Shown in pieces: positions 60,867-64,000 of a stretch of DNA of 64,000 bases. This stretch comes from an uncultured Actinomycetota bacterium (GTDB taxonomy: Bacteria; Actinomycetota; Actinomycetes; Prado026). Both the position numbers and the translations under genes were made by a program. The DNA is taken from assembly GCA_963711005.1 (NCBI GenBank), contig CAVQCJ010000002.1, positions 475,729-539,728 of the forward strand, read 5' to 3'. How positions within the stretch are numbered: the first letter of the stretch is position 1; every line of letters starts with the position of its first letter. A model generated the notes under the pieces. The model made no database searches. It was not told where the DNA came from and saw only the letters and a program-made list of their open reading frames with translations.

Positions 60867-61585
60867 CTGCCATCGTCCGCGCACAGGTCATCGCGTTGCG
60901 CACCCTGCGCACGTCGTACGTCGTCCCGCTCGCACTGCTGGCTCTCGTCGTGTTCATCAACGTCGGCTCGTTCGCGGAGGCCGGCAAACCGGACCTCACG
61001 ACGCCGGCGCAGCTCCGGGAGCCGATCATGGCGGGCATCGGCATCTTCGTCGCCGTCGGGCTCGCATTGCTGGCCGCGGCCCGCATGGCCGGCGAGTACA
61101 GGTACCGCACGATCACCCCGCGGACGCTCGCCGCACCGCGGCGGACGTCGATCCTCGGCGGCTTCGTCCTCGTGTACGGGCTGTTCGCGGCCGTCGTCGG
61201 CGCCGTCGCCGTCGCGGTCGGGCTCGGTGTCGCGGTCCCGATGACGTCGGCCAAGCACCTCACCCTGGGGCTGACGCCAGCCGACCTCGCCGCCGCGCTG
61301 CTCGCCATCGTGCTGTTCTCGGTGATCGGCGTGAGCACGGCGGTCATCGTCCGCAGCCAACCGGCGACGGTTCTCCTGCTGGTCGGAGCGTTCTTCGTCG
61401 AGCGGCTGCTCTCACTGGTGCTGGGAAACCTCACCGCCTACCTGCCGTACAGCCTCCTCACGCCGTTGCTCGGACTTCAGGGCGCGACGATCTCGCGCAC
61501 GACCGCTGCGTGCACCCTCCTCGGGATCACCGTGGTGATCGCAGCCGTCGCGTCGATCACGATCACCCGGCGAGACGTGCACTGA
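60863..61585 (+). CDS. ABC-2 type transporter permease
   Basis: 240 aa, 6 hydrophobic helices. ATGA overlap with the ATPase gene stop. Confidence 0.7.
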   Translation: MTAIVRAQVIALRTLRTSYVVPLALLALVVFINVGSFAEAGKPDLTTPAQLREPIMAGIGIFVAVGLALLAAARMAGEYRYRTITPRTLAAPRRTSILGGFVLVYGLFAAVVGAVAVAVGLGVAVPMTSAKHLTLGLTPADLAAALLAIVLFSVIGVSTAVIVRSQPATVLLLVGAFFVERLLSLVLGNLTAYLPYSLLTPLLGLQGATISRTTAACTLLGITVVIAAVASITITRRDVH

Positions 61586-63723
61586 TGGACACCGCGACGA
61601 TCCATCGCCGGGTGGGCGAGACTCCGGTCTCGACGGCGCGCCGACCGATCACGGTGCTGCGCCGGATCCCCTTCACGCTCACGGTGGTCCTCGGGCTGCT
61701 CGTGGTCGGCGTCGCGACCGGCACGTTGTGGTCCGCGCTCGGCGGGCGCCCGCTGTTCGACGTCGTCGCCTACGGGCTGCCTGCCTTGGAAGACGGCCGG
61801 TGGTGGACCCCCGTCACCGGAGCCTTCTTCGCCCTGAACCCTCTCGAGTACGTCCCGGTGGTCGGCGGTTTCCTGCTGCTGGCCGGGTTCGCGGAGCTGC
61901 GGCTCGGGACCCGACGCACGGCGATGGTGACCGTCGTCCTCCAGCTGGGCGCCGTGCTGGCGGCCTCCAGCTTCCTGGCTCTGACGCGCGGACACGGCTG
62001 GCCCTGGGCCGACGAGCTGTCCCGACAGCTCGACGCCGGCTTCTCGGCCGGTGCGCTCGGCGTCGCAGCCGCCGCCTCGGTCACCCTCGCCTCCCCATGG
62101 CGGGGGCGGCTGCGAGCCGTCCTGCTGTCCTACGGCCTGGTGTCCTTGATGTACGTCGGCGCGATCTGGGATGTCGAGCATGTCATCGCGATCTTCGCGG
62201 GCCTGCTCTGGGGACCGTTCCTCGTGGGTCGGCGACCCACGCTGAAGGCGCCGTCGCTCAGCCGGCACGAGCTGCGGTTCCTGGCCGCCGGCGGCTTCGT
62301 CGTCGCCGCGGCGGCGTCGCTGCTGGCCGGGATGGGCCACGGAGGTCCACTGGCCACGGGCGCGAAGGACACGGTGACCTTCCCGACCACGGGCGTCATC
62401 GGCGCTCTCGTCTGGCTGCTGGTCGCCAACGGGGTGCGCAAGGGGCGTCGCCGCGCCTGGCGCTGGGCGCTGGCCTTCACCGGCCTGATCATGCTCGTGA
62501 TCGTCGCCTACGGGGCCGAGCTGATCGCCTTCCACGAGCCTGGTTGGCCGCTGGCCGTCTACTCGTTCCTCATCGTCGGGACCCAGCTCACGATCCTGGT
62601 CGCGGGGCGGCGAGCCTTCCGCAACCCCTCCCGACGCCGGGCCCGCAGGACCGCGGGCTCGCTGCTGTCCGCCCCGGGCGAGGACCAGCGCGCCGCTGCG
62701 CGAGAGATGCTGCGGGCGGAGGGGACCGTCAACCGCCTGGCCTGGATGACGACGTGGCCGGAGAACCGCTGGTTCACCGAGGACGGACACGGCGGCGGGT
62801 ACGTGGCCTACCGGCCGCACGCCGGCGTCGCCATCGGGCTCTGCGACCCCGTCGCCGCGTCCCCCGGACAGCGGACCGCACTGTTGACGGCGTACGCCGA
62901 CAAGGTCCGGGCCGCCGGGCTGCTGCCGTGCCTGTTCTCCGTCACCCAGGAGGCAGCCGACCACGCGACGTCGCTCGGCTGGAACGCGCTGCAGGTCGCG
63001 GAAGAGGCCGTGATCGACCTTCCGGCGCTCGAGTTCAAGGGCAAGGCCTGGCAGGACGTGCGGACCGCGCTCAACCAGGCGGACAAGCTCGGCATCATCC
63101 ACCGGCTGGGTCCGCTCTGCGAACAGCCGCGGGGAATCCAGGTGCAGGTGCGGGCCATCTCCGAGGCCTGGATGGGCGACAAAGGGCTGCCCGAGATGGG
63201 CTTCACCCTGGGTGGCGTCGACGAAGCCATGGATCCCGACGTCCGCGTCGGCCTTGCTGTCGACGGCGACGGGACCGTGCACGGCGTCACCTCGTGGATG
63301 CCCGTGCACGCGCCGGGCGGCGGCGCCCCGGTGGGCTGGACGCTGGACGTGATGCGCCGTGCACCCGACGGCTTCCGCTACACCATGGAGTTCCTGATCG
63401 CGTCGGCCTGCCTCGCGTTCAAGGACGAGGGCGCGGTCCTGGTGTCGCTGTCGGGGGTGCCCCTGGCCAAGGCCGGCGCGCATGACTCAACCGTCGAGCG
63501 CACCGGGCTCGACTCGTTCCTCGACACCTTGGGTGCCACGCTCGAGCCGTACTACGGGTTCCGCTCGCTCCAGGCTTTCAAGTCCAAGTTCCAGCCGAGG
63601 TACGAGCCGCTGTACCTGGTGTTCCCCGACGAAGCGGCGCTGCCGCGGATCGGGATCGCGCTCAGCCGCGCGTACCTGCCCGAAGCGGGGGTCCGCGACC
63701 TGATCTCGCTGGCCAGGCAGTGA
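61585..63723 (+). CDS. membrane protein: N-terminal rhomboid-like TM domain + MprF-type aminoacyl-phosphatidylglycerol synthase region (DUF2156)
   Basis: ATG 61585 overlaps the permease stop (TGATG). The N-terminus has the rhomboid-like signatures GRWWTPVTGAFFALN, GFSAGALG and EHVIAIFAGLLWG. The C-terminal ~330 aa (RLAWMTTWPEN..F...GGYVAYR......GDP......MEFLI....LAFKDEG...LSLSGVPLA....YGFRSLQAFKSKFQPRYEPLYLV) match DUF2156/LysX-MprF C-terminal domains. Confidence 0.8.
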   Translation: MDTATIHRRVGETPVSTARRPITVLRRIPFTLTVVLGLLVVGVATGTLWSALGGRPLFDVVAYGLPALEDGRWWTPVTGAFFALNPLEYVPVVGGFLLLAGFAELRLGTRRTAMVTVVLQLGAVLAASSFLALTRGHGWPWADELSRQLDAGFSAGALGVAAAASVTLASPWRGRLRAVLLSYGLVSLMYVGAIWDVEHVIAIFAGLLWGPFLVGRRPTLKAPSLSRHELRFLAAGGFVVAAAASLLAGMGHGGPLATGAKDTVTFPTTGVIGALVWLLVANGVRKGRRRAWRWALAFTGLIMLVIVAYGAELIAFHEPGWPLAVYSFLIVGTQLTILVAGRRAFRNPSRRRARRTAGSLLSAPGEDQRAAAREMLRAEGTVNRLAWMTTWPENRWFTEDGHGGGYVAYRPHAGVAIGLCDPVAASPGQRTALLTAYADKVRAAGLLPCLFSVTQEAADHATSLGWNALQVAEEAVIDLPALEFKGKAWQDVRTALNQADKLGIIHRLGPLCEQPRGIQVQVRAISEAWMGDKGLPEMGFTLGGVDEAMDPDVRVGLAVDGDGTVHGVTSWMPVHAPGGGAPVGWTLDVMRRAPDGFRYTMEFLIASACLAFKDEGAVLVSLSGVPLAKAGAHDSTVERTGLDSFLDTLGATLEPYYGFRSLQAFKSKFQPRYEPLYLVFPDEAALPRIGIALSRAYLPEAGVRDLISLARQ

Positions 63724-63766
63724 CGCCGGCGCACATCCCTCACCCACGACGTCGCCGGTCCGCGAG

Positions 63767-64000
63767 CTACAGAAGCTTCTTGTGAAGGACTGCTATGTGC
63801 TGGCCCGTGCTGCTGGTGAACGTTTCCTGCAGGGTCCATCCGCACCGCTGGTAGAACCCGAGTGCAAGGTCGGTGCCGACCCAGGTTTCGGCGACCTGAT
63901 GCTCGGCAGCCCACCGCTCCAGATGCTGCAGCAACGACCGCCCCACTCCTCGCCCCCGGCGATCCCGGCGGACGATCATGCCGGTCACCCAGGGAGTGGT
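63767..64000 (-). CDS. GNAT family N-acetyltransferase; the N-terminal part lies beyond the right edge
   Basis: IVRRDRRGRGVGRSLLQHLERWA is acetyl-CoA motif A (R/Q-x-x-G-x-G/A). The frame stays open to position 64000. Confidence 0.8.
   Translation of the reverse strand, partial: TTPWVTGMIVRRDRRGRGVGRSLLQHLERWAAEHQVAETWVGTDLALGFYQRCGWTLQETFTSSTGQHIAVLHKKLL

Overview
This is a high-GC actinobacterial chromosomal segment with one tRNA and no rRNA, CRISPR array, transposase or integrase. Most long ORFs in the six-frame track are antisense or out-of-frame shadows typical of high-GC DNA. I called genes by recognisable protein motifs, codon third-position GC read by eye, SD sequences and stop/start overlaps. 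A conserved minus-strand backbone comprises a partial ftsB/divIC-like gene, eno, a DUF885 gene, mazG, a lipoprotein gene and mfd (1-8.9 kb), then pth, rplY, prs, glmU, tRNA-Gln and a divergent tetR (44.6-49.4 kb). Between mfd and pth lies about 35 kb of accessory DNA, described in four parts. (i) A 1527-aa secreted beta-propeller/malectin/PKD protein carries an internal tandem module duplication. (ii) A Wzx/Wzy-type glycan assembly cluster (13.8-26.8 kb) encodes a PCP with a degenerate kinase domain, a Wzy-like protein, Wzx, a split Alg14/Alg13 glycosyltransferase, a GT2, an anchored GH26, an APH-like kinase and a DUF3048 lipoprotein. It also contains three PAPS-type sulfotransferase domains, one fused to the Alg13-like GT. 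(iii) A visibly lower-GC insertion (about 26.8-35.5 kb) opens with an HNH/DUF222 gene and carries small detox-type enzymes and envelope proteins. (iv) An operon couples the priming phosphoglycosyl transferase to CysQ-CysD-CysN-(Sat-like)CysC-TauE, which amounts to a dedicated PAPS supply. The lead hypothesis is that (ii) and (iv) together form a previously undescribed sulfated extracellular or cell-wall glycan system. Right of 49 kb are a lytic transglycosylase, MarR, a kinase-like/flippase-like membrane protein, CoxG, a methyltransferase and a ComB-like phosphatase. These are followed by an envelope-stress module (DUF4097, LuxR-type RR, antisense stand-alone receiver, HisKA_3 kinase, ABC-2 transporter, rhomboid-like/DUF2156 MprF-like fusion) and a partial GNAT gene. 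All family assignments come from motif recognition by eye and need HMM or BLAST confirmation.
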